This document shows, one piece after another, positions 52,087 through 64,000 of a stretch of DNA of 64,000 bases. Where the stretch lies: contig JBHGNT010000010.1 of NCBI GenBank assembly GCA_043228905.1, positions 186,001 to 250,000 on the forward strand, in the 5' to 3' direction. Each line of letters begins with the position of its first letter. The stretch's first letter is position 1. Source of the stretch: Azolla caroliniana. Lineage: Eukaryota > Plantae > Polypodiophyta. The position numbers and the translations under genes are program-made. The notes beneath the pieces are model-generated. The model saw nothing but the letters and a program-made list of their open reading frames with translations, had not been told where the DNA came from and searched no databases.

Positions 52087-55000
52087 AATCTTGATTTTTT
52101 AATTCTATATCATAGGTAGCGTTGTTAGCTTCGAATCGCATTTTGATTTACTCACGGGCTCTTCTCAACTCCCTCTTCTAACTTGCCAATTTCTTCATAT
52201 CTCTCGACCTGAGTTTCAAAATCTTGATTTTTTAATTCTATATCATAGGTAGCGTTGTTAGCTTCGAATCACATGTTTGAACACAAAAATCCGATATCAC
52301 ATGGGCCAGGTATGAACATTTTAATTTACTCACGGGCTCTTCTCAACTCCCTCCTCAAATTTGGTAATTTCTTCATGTCTCTCGACCTGAGTTTCAAAAT
52401 TTGATTTTTTAATTCTATAACATAGGTAGCGTTGTTAGCTTCGAATCGCATGTTTGAACACAGAAATCCGGGATCACACAAGCCAGGTATGAACATTTTA
52501 ATTTACTCACGGGCTCCTCTCAACTCCCTCCTCAAATTTGGTAATTTCTTCATGTCTCTCGACCTGAGTTTCAAAATCTTGATTTTTTAATTCCATATTC
52601 TAGGTAGCGTTGTTAGCTTCGAATCGCAAGTTTGAACCCAAAAATCCGAGATCACACGAGCCAGGTATGAACATTTTAAATTATTCACGGGCTCTTCTCA
52701 ACTCCTTGCTCAAATTTGGTAATTTCTTCATGTCTCGCGACCTGCGTCTCAAAATCTTGATTTTTTAATTCCATATCATAGGTATCGTTGTTAGCTTAGA
52801 ATCCCATGTTTGAACACAAAAATCCGGGATCACACGAGCCAGGGATGAACATTTTAATTTACTCACGGGCTCCTCTCAACTCCCTCCTCAAATTTGGTAA
52901 TTTCTTCATGTCTCTCGACCTGAGTTTCAAAATCTTGAATTTTTAATTCCATATCATAGGTAGCGTTGTTAGCTTCGAATCGCAAGTTTGAACACAGAAT
53001 TTCGGGATCACACGATCCAGGTATGAACATTTTAATTTACTCACGGGCTCCTCTCAACTCCCTCTTCTAACTCGCTAATTTGTTCATGTCTCTCGACCTG
53101 AGTTTCAAAATCTTGATTTATTAATTCCATATCATAGGTAGCGTTGTTAGCTTCGAATCACATGTTTGAACACAAAAATCCGATATCATAGGTAGCGTTG
53201 TTAGCTTCGAATCGCAAGTTTGAACACAGAATTTCGGGATCACACGAGCCAGGTATGAACATTTTAATTTACTCACGGGCTCCTCTCAACTCTCTCCTCA
53301 AATTTGGTAATTTCTTCATGTCTCTCGACCTGAGTTTCAAAATCTTGATTTTTTAATTCTATATCATAGGTAGCGTTGTTAGCTTCGAATCGCATGTTTG
53401 AACACAAAAATCCGGGATCACACGAGGCAGGTATGAACATTTTAATTTACTCACGGGCTCTTCTCAACTCCTTGCTCAAATTTGGTAATTTCTTCATGTC
53501 TCTCGACCTGAGTTTCAAAATCTTGATTTTTTAATTCCATATCATAGGTAGCGTTGTTAGTTTCGAATCGCAAGTTTGAAGACAGAAATTCGGGATCACA
53601 CGAGCCAGGTGAGAACATTTTAATTTATTCACGCGCTCTTCTCAACTCCCTCCTCGAATTTGGTAATTTCTTCATGTCTCTCGACCTGAGTTTCAAAATC
53701 TTGATTTTTTAATTCCATATCATAGGTAGCGTTGTTAGCTTCGATTCGCATGTTTGAACACAGAAATCCGGGATCACACGAGCCAAATATGAACATTTTA
53801 ATTTATTCACACGCTCTTCTCAACCTCCTCCTCAAATTTGGTAATTTCTTCATGTCTCTCGACATGAGTTTCAAAATCTTGATTTTTTAATTCTATATCA
53901 TAGCTAGCATTGTTAGCTTCGAATCGCATGTTTGAAAACAAAAATCCGGGATCACACGAGCCAGGTATGAACATTTTAATTTACTCACGGGCTCCTCTCA
54001 ACTCCCTCCTCAAATTTGGTAATTTCTTCATGTCTCTCGACCTGAGTTTCAAAATCTTGATTTTTTAATTCTATATCATAGGTAGCGTTGTTAGCTTCGA
54101 ATCGCATGTTTGAACACAAAAGTCCGGGATCACACGAGCCAGGTATGAACATTTTAATTTACTCACGGGCTCCTCTCAACTCCCTCCTCAAATTTGGTAA
54201 TTTCTTCATGTCTCTCGACCTGAGTTTCAAAATCTTGAATTTTTAATTCCATATCATAGGTAGCGTTGTTAGCTTCGAATCGCATGTTTGAACACAAAAA
54301 TCCGGGATCACACGAGCCAGGTATGAACATTTTAATTTACTCACGGGCTCCTCTCAACTCCCTCCTCAAATTTGGTAATTTCTTCATGTCTCTCGACCTG
54401 AGTTTCAAAATCTTGATTTTTTAATTCTATATCATAGGTAGCGTTGTTAGCTTCGAATTGCATGTTTGAACAGAAAAATCCGGGATCACACGAAACAGGT
54501 ATGAACATTTTAATTTACTCACGGGCTCCTCTCAACTCCCTCCTCAAATTTGGTAATTTCTTCATGTCTCTCGACCTGAGTTTCAAAATCTTGATTTTTT
54601 AATTCCATATCTTAGGTAGCGTTGTTAGCTTCGATTCGCATGTTTGAACACAAAAATCCGGGATCACACGAGCCAGGTATGAACATTTTAATTTACTCAC
54701 GGGCTCCTGTCAACTCCCTCCTCAAATTTGGTAATTTCTTCATGTCTCGCGACCTGCGTTTCAAAATCTTGATTTTTTAATTCCATATCATAGGTAGCGT
54801 TGTTAGCTTCGAATCGCATGTTTGAACACAAAAATCCGGGATCACACGAGCCAGGTATGAACATTTTAATTTACTCACGGGCTCCTCTCAACTCCCTCCT
54901 CAAATTTGGTAATTTCTTCATGTCTCTCGACCTGAGTTTCAAAATCTTGAATTTTTAATTCCATATCATAGGTAGCGTTGTTAGCTTCGAATCGCAAGTT

Positions 55001-55997
55001 TGAACACAGAATTTCGGGATCACACGAGCCAGGTATGAACATTTTAATTTACTCACGGGCTCCTCTCAACTCTCTCCTCAAATTTGGTAATTTCTTCATG
55101 TCTCTCGACCTGAGTTTCAAAATCTTGATTTTTTAATTCTATATCATAGGTAGCGTTGTTAGCTTCGAATCGCATGTTTGAACACAAAAATCCGGGATCA
55201 CACGAGGCAGGTATGATCATTTTAATTTACTCACGGGCTCTTCTCAACTCCTTGCTCAAATTTGGTAATTTCTTCATGTCTCTCGACCTGAGTTTCAAAA
55301 TCTTGATTTTTTAATTCCATATCATAGGTAGCGTTGTTAGCTTCGAATCGCATGTTTGAACACAAAAATCCGGGATCACACGAGCCAGGTATGAACATTT
55401 TAATTTACTCACGGGCTCCTCTCAACTCCCTCCTCAAATTTGGTAATTTCTTCATGTCTCTCGACCTGAGTTTCAAAATCTTGAATTTTTAATTCTATAT
55501 CATAGGTAGCGTTGTTAGCTTCGAATCGCAAGTTTGAACACAGAATTTCGGGATCACACGAGCCAGGTATGAACATTTTAATTTACTCACGGGCTCCTCT
55601 CAACTCTCTCCTCAAATTTGGTAATTTGTTCATGTCTCTCGACCTGAGTTTCAAAATCTTGATTTATTAATTCCATATCATAGGTAGCGTTGTTAGCTTC
55701 GAATCACATGTTTGAACACAAAAATCCGATATCACATGGGCCAGGTATGAACATTTTAATTTACTCACGGGCTCTTCTCAACTCCCTCCTCAAATTTGGT
55801 ACTTTCTTCATGTCTCTCGACCTGAGTTTCAAAATCTTGAATTTTTAATTCCATATCATAGGTAGCGTTGTTAGCTTCGAATCGCAAGTTTGAACACAGA
55901 ATTTCGGGATCACACGAGCCAGGTATGAACATTTTAATTTACTCACGGGCTCCTCTCAACTCTCTCCTCAAATTTGGTAATTTCTTCATGTCTCTCG

Positions 55998-58900
55998 ACC
56001 TGAGTTTCAAAATCTTGATTTTTTAATTCTATATCATAGGTAGCGTTGTTAGCTTCGAATCGCATGTTTGAACACAAAAATCCGGGATCACACAAGGCAG
56101 GTATGAACATTTTAATTTACTCACGGGCTCTTCTCAACTCCTTGCTCAAATTTGGTAATTTCTTCATGTCTCTCGACCTGAGTTTCAAAATCTTGATTTT
56201 TTAATTCCATATCTTAGGTAGCGTTGTTAGCTTCGATTCGCATGTTTGAACACAAAAATCCGGGATCACACGAGCCAGGTATGAACATTTTAATTTACTC
56301 ACGGGCTCCTCTCAACTCCCTCCTCAAATTTGGTAATTTCTTCATGTCTCTCGACCTGAGTTTCAAAATCTTGATTTTTTAATTCTATATCATAGGTAGT
56401 GTTGTTAGCTTCGAATCGCATGTTTGAACACAAAAATCCGGGATAACACGAGGCAGGTATGAACATTTTAATTTACTCACGGGCTCCTCTCAACTCCCTC
56501 CTCAAATTTGGTAATTTCTTCATGTCTCTCGACCTGAGTTTCAAAATCTTGATTTTTTAATTCCATATCTTAGGTAGCGTTGTTAGCTTCGAATCGCATG
56601 TATGTTTGAACACAAAAATCCGGGATAACACGAGGCAGGTATGAACATTTTAATTTACTCACGGGCTCCTCTCAACACCCTCCTCAAATTTGGTAATTTC
56701 TTCATGTCTCTCGACCTGAGTTTCAAAATCTTGATTTTTTAATTCCATTTCTTAGGTAGCGTTGTTAGCTTCGAATCGCATGTTTGAACACAAAAATCCG
56801 GGATCACACGAGCCAGGTATGAACATTTTAATTTACTCACGGGCTCCTCTCAACTCCCTCTTCTAACTCGCTAATTTGTTCATGTCTCTCGACCTGAGTC
56901 TCAAAATTTTGATTTATTAATTCCATATCTTAGGTAGCGTTGTTAGCTTCGAATCACATGTTTGAACACAAAAATCCGATATCACATGGGCCAGGTATGA
57001 ACATTTTAATTTACTCACGGGCTCTTCTCAACTCCCTCCTCAAATTTGGTACTTTCTTCATGTCTCTCGACCTGAGTTTCAAAATCTTGATTTTTTAATT
57101 CTATAACATAGGTAGCGTTGTTAGCTTCGAATCCCATGTTTGAACACAAAAATCCGGGATCACACGAGCCAGGTATGAACATTTTAATTTACTCTCCGGC
57201 TCTTCTCAACTCCCTCTTCTAACTTGCCAATTTCTTCATGTCTCTCGACCTGAGTTTCAAAATCTTGATTTTTTAATTCCATATTCTAGGTAGCGTTGTT
57301 AGCTTCGAATCGCAAGTTTGAACCCAAAAATCCGAGATCACACGAGCCAGGTATGAATATTTTAAATTAGTCACGGGCTCTTCTCAACTCCTTGCTCAAA
57401 TTTGGTAATTTCTTCATGTCTCTCGACCTGCGTTTCAAAATCTTGATTTTTTAATTCCATATGATAGGTAGCGTTGTTAGCTTCGAATCGCATGTTTGGA
57501 CACAAAAATCCGGGGTCACACGAACCAGGTATAAACATTTTAATTTACTCAAGCGCTCTTCTCAACTCCCTCTTCAAATTTGGTAATTTCTTCATGTCTC
57601 TCGACCTGAGTTTCAAAATCTTGATTTTTTAATTCCATATCATAGGTAGCGTTGCTGGCTTCGATTCGCATGTTTGAACACAGAAATCCGGGATCACACG
57701 AGCCAGGTATGAACATTTTAATTTACTCACGGGCTCCTCTCAACTCCCTCCTCAAATTTGGTAATTTCTTCATGTCTCTCGACCTGAGTTTCAAAATCTT
57801 CATTTTTTAATTCCATATCATAGGTAGCGTTGTTAGCTTCGAATCGCAAGTTTGCACACAGAAATTCGGAAGCACACGAGCCAGGTATGAACATTTTAAT
57901 TTATTCACGCGCTCTTCTCAACTCCCTCCTCAAATTTGGTAATTTCTTCATGTCTCTCGACCTGAGTTTCAAAATCTGAATTTTTTAATTCTATATCATA
58001 GCTAGCATTGTTAGCTTCGATTCGCATCTTTGAACACAAAAAACCGGGGTCACACGAGCCAGGTATGAACATTTTAATTTACTCAAGCGCTCTTCTCAAC
58101 TCCCTCTTCAAATTTGGTAATTTCTTCATGTCTCTCGACCTGAGTTTCAAAATCTTGATTTTTTAATTCTATATCATAGGTAGCGTTGTTAGCTTCGAAT
58201 CGCATGTTTGAACACAAAAATCCGGGAACACACGAGCCAGGTATGAACTTTTTAATTTACTCACGGGCTCCTCTCAACTCCCTCCTCAAATTTGGTATTT
58301 TCTTCATGTCTCTCGACCAGAGTTTCAATATCCTGATTTTTTAATTCCATATTCTAGGTAGCGTTGTTAGCTTCGAATCGCATGTTTGAACACAAAAATC
58401 CGGGATCACACGAGCCAGGTATGAACATTTTAATTTACTCACGGGCTCCTCTCAACTCTCTCCTCAAATTTGGTAATTTCTTCATGTCTCTCGACCTGAG
58501 TTTCAAAATCTTGATTTTTTAATTCTATATCATAGGTAGCGTTGTTAGCTTCGAATCGCATGTTTGAACACAAAAATCCGGGATCACACAAGGCAGGTAT
58601 GAACATTTTAATTTACTCACGGGCTCTTCTCAACTCCTTGCTCAAATTTGGTAATTTCTTCATGTCTCTCGACCTGAGTTTCAAAATCTTGATTTTTTAA
58701 TTCCATATCTTAGGTAGCGTTGTTAGCTTCGATTCGCATGTTTGAACACAAAAATCCGGGATCACACGAGCCAGGTATGAACATTTTAATTTACTCACGG
58801 GCTCCTCTCAACTCCCTCCTCAAATTTGGTAATTTCTTCATGTCTCTCGACCTGAGTTTCAAAATCTTGATTTTTTAATTCTATATCATAGGTAGTGTTG

Positions 58901-60880
58901 TTAGCTTCGAATCGCATGTTTGAACACAAAAATCCGGGATAACACGAGGCAGGTATGAACATTTTAATTTACTCACGGGCTCCTCTCAACTCCCTCCTCA
59001 AATTTGGTAATTTCTTCATGTCTCTCGACCTGAGTTTCAAAATCTTGATTTTTTAATTCCATATCTTAGGTAGCGTTGTTAGCTTCGAATCGCATGTATG
59101 TTTGAACACAAAAATCCGGGATAACACGAGGCAGGTATGAACATTTTAATTTACTCACGGGCTCCTCTCAACACCCTCCTCAAATTTGGTAATTTCTTCA
59201 TGTCTCTCGACCTGAGTTTCAAAATCTTGATTTTTTAATTCCATTTCTTAGGTAGCGTTGTTAGCTTCGAATCGCATGTTTGAACACAAAAATCCGGGAT
59301 CACACGAGCCAGGTATGAACATTTTAATTTACTCACGGGCTCCTCTCAACTCCCTCTTCTAACTCGCTAATTTGTTCATGTCTCTCGACCTGAGTCTCAA
59401 AATTTTGATTTATTAATTCCATATCTTAGGTAGCGTTGTTAGCTTCGAATCACATGTTTGAACACAAAAATCCGATATCACATGGGCCAGGTATGAACAT
59501 TTTAATTTACTCACGGGCTCTTCTCAACTCCCTCCTCAAATTTGGTACTTTCTTCATGTCTCTCGACCTGAGTTTCAAAATCTTGATTTTTTAATTCTAT
59601 AACATAGGTAGCGTTGTTAGCTTCGAATCCCATGTTTGAACACAAAAATCCGGGATCACACGAGCCAGGTATGAACATTTTAATTTACTCTCCGGCTCTT
59701 CTCAACTCCCTCTTCTAACTTGCCAATTTCTTCATGTCTCTCGACCTGAGTTTCAAAATCTTGATTTTTTAATTCCATATTCTAGGTAGCGTTGTTAGCT
59801 TCGAATCGCAAGTTTGAACCCAAAAATCCGAGATCACACGAGCCAGGTATGAATATTTTAAATTAGTCACGGGCTCTTCTCAACTCCTTGCTCAAATTTG
59901 GTAATTTCTTCATGTCTCTCGACCTGCGTTTCAAAATCTTGATTTTTTAATTCCATATGATAGGTAGCGTTGTTAGCTTCGAATCGCATGTTTGGACACA
60001 AAAATCCGGGGTCACACGAACCAGGTATAAACATTTTAATTTACTCAAGCGCTCTTCTCAACTCCCTCTTCAAATTTGGTAATTTCTTCATGTCTCTCGA
60101 CCTGAGTTTCAAAATCTTGATTTTTTAATTCCATATCATAGGTAGCGTTGCTGGCTTCGATTCGCATGTTTGAACACAGAAATCCGGGATCACACGAGCC
60201 AGGTATGAACATTTTAATTTACTCACGGGCTCCTCTCAACTCCCTCCTCAAATTTGGTAATTTCTTCATGTCTCTCGACCTGAGTTTCAAAATCTTCATT
60301 TTTTAATTCCATATCATAGGTAGCGTTGTTAGCTTCGAATCGCAAGTTTGCACACAGAAATTCGGAAGCACACGAGCCAGGTATGAACATTTTAATTTAT
60401 TCACGCGCTCTTCTCAACTCCCTCCTCAAATTTGGTAATTTCTTCATGTCTCTCGACCTGAGTTTCAAAATCTGAATTTTTTAATTCTATATCATAGCTA
60501 GCATTGTTAGCTTCGATTCGCATCTTTGAACACAAAAAACCGGGGTCACACGAGCCAGGTATGAACATTTTAATTTACTCAAGCGCTCTTCTCAACTCCC
60601 TCTTCAAATTTGGTAATTTCTTCATGTCTCTCGACCTGAGTTTCAAAATCTTGATTTTTTAATTCTATATCATAGGTAGCGTTGTTAGCTTCGAATCGCA
60701 TGTTTGAACACAAAAATCCGGGAACACACGAGCCAGGTATGAACATTTTAATTTACTCACGGGCTCCTCTCAACTCCCTCCTCAAATTTGGTATTTTCTT
60801 CATGTCTCTCGACCTGAGTTTCAATATCCTGATTTTTTAATTCCATATTCTAGGTAGCGTTGTTAGCTTCGAATCGCAGG
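55998..60880. repeat. Second, distinct 14-monomer HOR, 2 tandem copies (2496 bp = 14x178+4)
   Basis: 182-bp monomers (gcatgtatgtttg) at 56532 and 59028. Shared caacaccctc, ccatttctta, gagtctcaaaattttg, gaatatttt, tttggacac and gttgctggct. Confidence 0.93.
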
Positions 60881-61522
60881 TTTGAACACAAAAATCCGAG
60901 ATCATACGAGCCAGGTATGAACATTTTAAATTAGTCACGGACTCTTCTCAACTCCTTCTTCTAACTTGCCAATTTCTTCAGGTCTCTCGACCTGAGTTTC
61001 AAAATCTTGATTTTTTAATTGCATATCATAGGTAGCGTTGTTAGCTTCGAATCGCATGTTTGAACACAAAAATCCGATATCACATGCGCCAGGTATGAAC
61101 ATTTTAATTTACTCACGGGCTCTTCTCAACTCCCTCTTCTAACTTGCCAATTTCTTCATATCTCTCGACCTGAGTTTCAAAATCTTTATTTTTAATTCCA
61201 TATCATAGGTAGCGTTCTTAGCTTCGATTCGCCTGTTTGAACACAGAAATCCGGGATCACACGAGCCAGGTATGAACATTTTAATTTATTCACGCGCTCT
61301 TCTCAACTCCCTCCTCAAATTTGGTAATTTCTTCATGTCTCTCGACCTGCGTTTCAAAATCTTGATTTTTTAATTCTATATCATAGCTAGCATTGTTAGC
61401 TTCGATTCGCATCTTTGAACACAAAAATCCGGGATCACACGAGCCAGGTATGAACATTTTAATTTACTCACGGGCTCCTCTCAACTCCCTCCTCAAATTT
61501 GGTAATTTCTTCATGTCTCTCG

Positions 61523-62590
61523 ACCTGAGTTTCAAAATCTTGATTTTTTAATTCCATATTCTAGGTAGCGTTGTTAGCTTCGAATCGCAAGTTTGAACAC
61601 AAAAATCCGAGATCACACGAACCAGGTATGAACATTTTAATTTACTCATGCGCTCTTCTCAACTCCGCCCTAAAATGTGGTAATTTCTTCATGTCTCTCG
61701 ACCTGAGTTTCAAAATTTTGATTTTTTAATTCCATATCATAGGTAGCGTTGTTAGCTTCGTATCACATGTTTGAACACAAAAATCCGATATCACGTGGGC
61801 CAGGTATGAACATTTTAATTTACTCACGGGCTCTTCTCAACTCCCTCTTCTAACTTGCCAATTTCTCCATGTCTCTCGACCTGAGTTTCAAAATCTTGAT
61901 TGTTTAATTCCATATCATAGGTAGCGTTGTTAGCTTCGATTCGCATGTTTGAACACAGAAATCCGGGATCACACGAGCCAGGTATGAACATTTTAATTTA
62001 CTCACGGGCTCCTCTCAACTCCCTCCTCAAATTTGGTAATTTCTTCATGTCTCTCGACCTGAGTTTCAAAATCTTGATTTTTTAATTCCATATTCTAGGT
62101 AGCGTTGTTAGCTTCGAATCGCAAGTTTGAACACAGAAATCCGAGATCACACGAACCAGGTATGAACATTTTAATTTACTCATGCGCTCTTCTCAACTCC
62201 CTCCTAAAATGTGGTAATTTCTTCATGTCTCTCGACCTGAGTTTCAAAATCTTGATTTTTTAATTCCATATCATAGGTAGCGTTGTTAGCTTCGTATCAC
62301 ATGTTTGAACACAAAAATCCGATATCACGTGGGCCAGGTATGAACATTTTAATTTACTCACGGGCTCTTCTCAACTCCCTCTTCTAACTTGCCAATTTCT
62401 TCATGTCTCTCGACCTGAGTTTCAAAATCTTGATTGTTTAATTCCATATCATAGGTAGCGTTGTTAGCTTCGATTCGCATGTTTGAACACAGAAATCCGG
62501 GATCACACGAGCCAGGTATGAACATTTTAATTTACTCACGGGCTCCTCTCAACTCCCTCCTCAAATTTGGTAATTTCTTCATGTCTCTCG
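61523..62590. repeat. Trimer duplication (534 bp)
   Basis: The order ctcatgcg/ctaaaatgtgg, cttcgtatcac/cacgtgggcc, gattgtttaa starts at both 61523 and 62057. A related single trimer is at 48158. Confidence 0.88.
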
Positions 62591-64000
62591 ACCTGAGTTT
62601 CAAAATCTTGATTTTTTAATTCCATATCTTAGGTAGCGTTGTTAGCTTCGATTCGCATGTTTGAACACAAAAATCCGGGATCACACGAGCCAGGTATGAA
62701 CATTTTAATTTACTCACGGGCTCCTCTCAACTCCCTCCTCAAATTTGGTAATTTCTTCATGTCTCTCGACCTGAGTTTCAAAATCTTGATTTTTTAATTC
62801 TATATCATAGGTAGTGTTGTTAGCTTCGAATCGCATGTTTGAACACAAAAATCCGGGATAACACGAGGCAGGTATGAACATTTTAATTTACTCACGGGCT
62901 CCTCTCAACTCCCTCCTCAAATTTGGTAATTTCTTCATGTCTCTCGACCTGAGTTTCAAAATCTTGATTTTTTAATTCCATATCTTAGGTAGCGTTGTTA
63001 GCTTCGAATCGCATGTATGTTTGAACACAAAAATCCGGGATAACACGAGGCAGGTATGAACATTTTAATTTACTCACGGGCTCCTCTCAACACCCTCCTC
63101 AAATTTGGTAATTTCTTCATGTCTCTCGACCTGAGTTTCAAAATCTTGATTTTTTAATTCCATTTCTTAGGTAGCGTTGTTAGCTTCGAATCGCATGTTT
63201 GAACACAAAAATCCGGGATCACACGAGCCAGGTATGAACATTTTAATTTACTCACGGGCTCCTCTCAACTCCCTCTTCTAACTCGCTAATTTGTTCATGT
63301 CTCTCGACCTGAGTCTCAAAATTTTGATTTATTAATTCCATATCTTAGGTAGCGTTGTTAGCTTCGAATCACATGTTTGAACACAAAAATCCGATATCAC
63401 ATGGGCCAGGTATGAACATTTTAATTTACTCACGGGCTCTTCTCAACTCCCTCCTCAAATTTGGTACTTTCTTCATGTCTCTCGACCTGAGTTTCAAAAT
63501 CTTGATTTTTTAATTCTATAACATAGGTAGCGTTGTTAGCTTCGAATCCCATGTTTGAACACAAAAATCCGGGATCACACGAGCCAGGTATGAACATTTT
63601 AATTTACTCTCCGGCTCTTCTCAACTCCCTCTTCTAACTTGCCAATTTCTTCATGTCTCTCGACCTGAGTTTCAAAATCTTGATTTTTTAAGTCCATATT
63701 CTAGGTAGCGTTGTTAGCTTCGAATCGCAAGTTTGAACCCAAAAATCCGAGATCACACGAGCCAGGTATGAATATTTTAAATTAGTCACGGGCTCTTCTC
63801 AACTCCTTGCTCAAATTTGGTAATTTCTTCATGTCTCTCGACCTGCGTTTCAAAATCTTGATTTTTTAATTCCATATGATAGGTAGCGTTGTTAGCTTCG
63901 AATCGCATGTTTGGACACAAAAATCCGGGGTCACACGAACCAGGTATAAACATTTTAATTTACTCAAGCGCTCTTCTCAACTCCCTCTTCAAATTTGGTA
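62591..64000. repeat. Third, window-truncated copy of the 2496-bp 14-mer HOR
   Basis: 182-bp monomer at 62947, offset 3919 (22x178+3) from 59028. The same downstream private variants follow. Confidence 0.9.

Larger units (their letters stand above)
1..64000. repeat. 178-bp tandem satellite DNA array, ~360 monomers, one orientation, running off both window ends
   Basis: The acctgag anchor recurs at 41, 219, 397, 574, 752, 930 and so on with 178-bp spacing, apart from a few indel monomers, through to the end. No unique sequence and no inverted monomer seen. Confidence 0.99.

Noticed and set aside
1-64000. CRISPR array
   Set aside because: There are no unique spacers. The variable segments are homologous alleles of one sequence, the 178-bp period is far too long, and no cas genes are present.
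1-64000. Giant tandem-repeat protein gene
   Set aside because: 178 is not divisible by 3, stops recur in each monomer, and the ORF track reports only one 81-aa ORF.
1-64000. Embedded transposon, telomeric repeat or strand inversion
   Set aside because: None seen. Every segment read aligns to the monomer in the same orientation.

Overview
The whole 64 kb window is one uninterrupted, head-to-tail, single-orientation tandem satellite array of about 360 copies of a 178-bp monomer (~39% GC). Consensus read by eye: acctgagtttcaaaatcttgattttttaattccatatcataggtagcgttgttagcttcgaatcgcatgtttgaacacaaaaatccgggatcacacgagccaggtatgaacattttaatttactcacgggctcctctcaactccctcctcaaatttggtaatttcttcatgtctctcg. Monomer size and organisation are typical of eukaryotic centromeric, pericentromeric or subtelomeric satellite DNA. 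I do not recognise the family or the species. I see no credible gene, RNA gene, transposon or CRISPR. The information is in the variants. They define nested higher-order repeats (2-, 3-, 6-, 10-, 11-, 14-, 21/23- and 37-mers), a near-identical ~9.6 kb duplication at ~17.8 kb offset, and three regional sub-domains. There are also microhomology-mediated and templated indel scars, one patchy recombination junction, CpG-type transitions, and a 55-codon ATG-to-TGA frame on the minus strand of the consensus monomer that is probably fortuitous. All alignments were done by eye. Monomer starts are given as the 'a' of acctgag.
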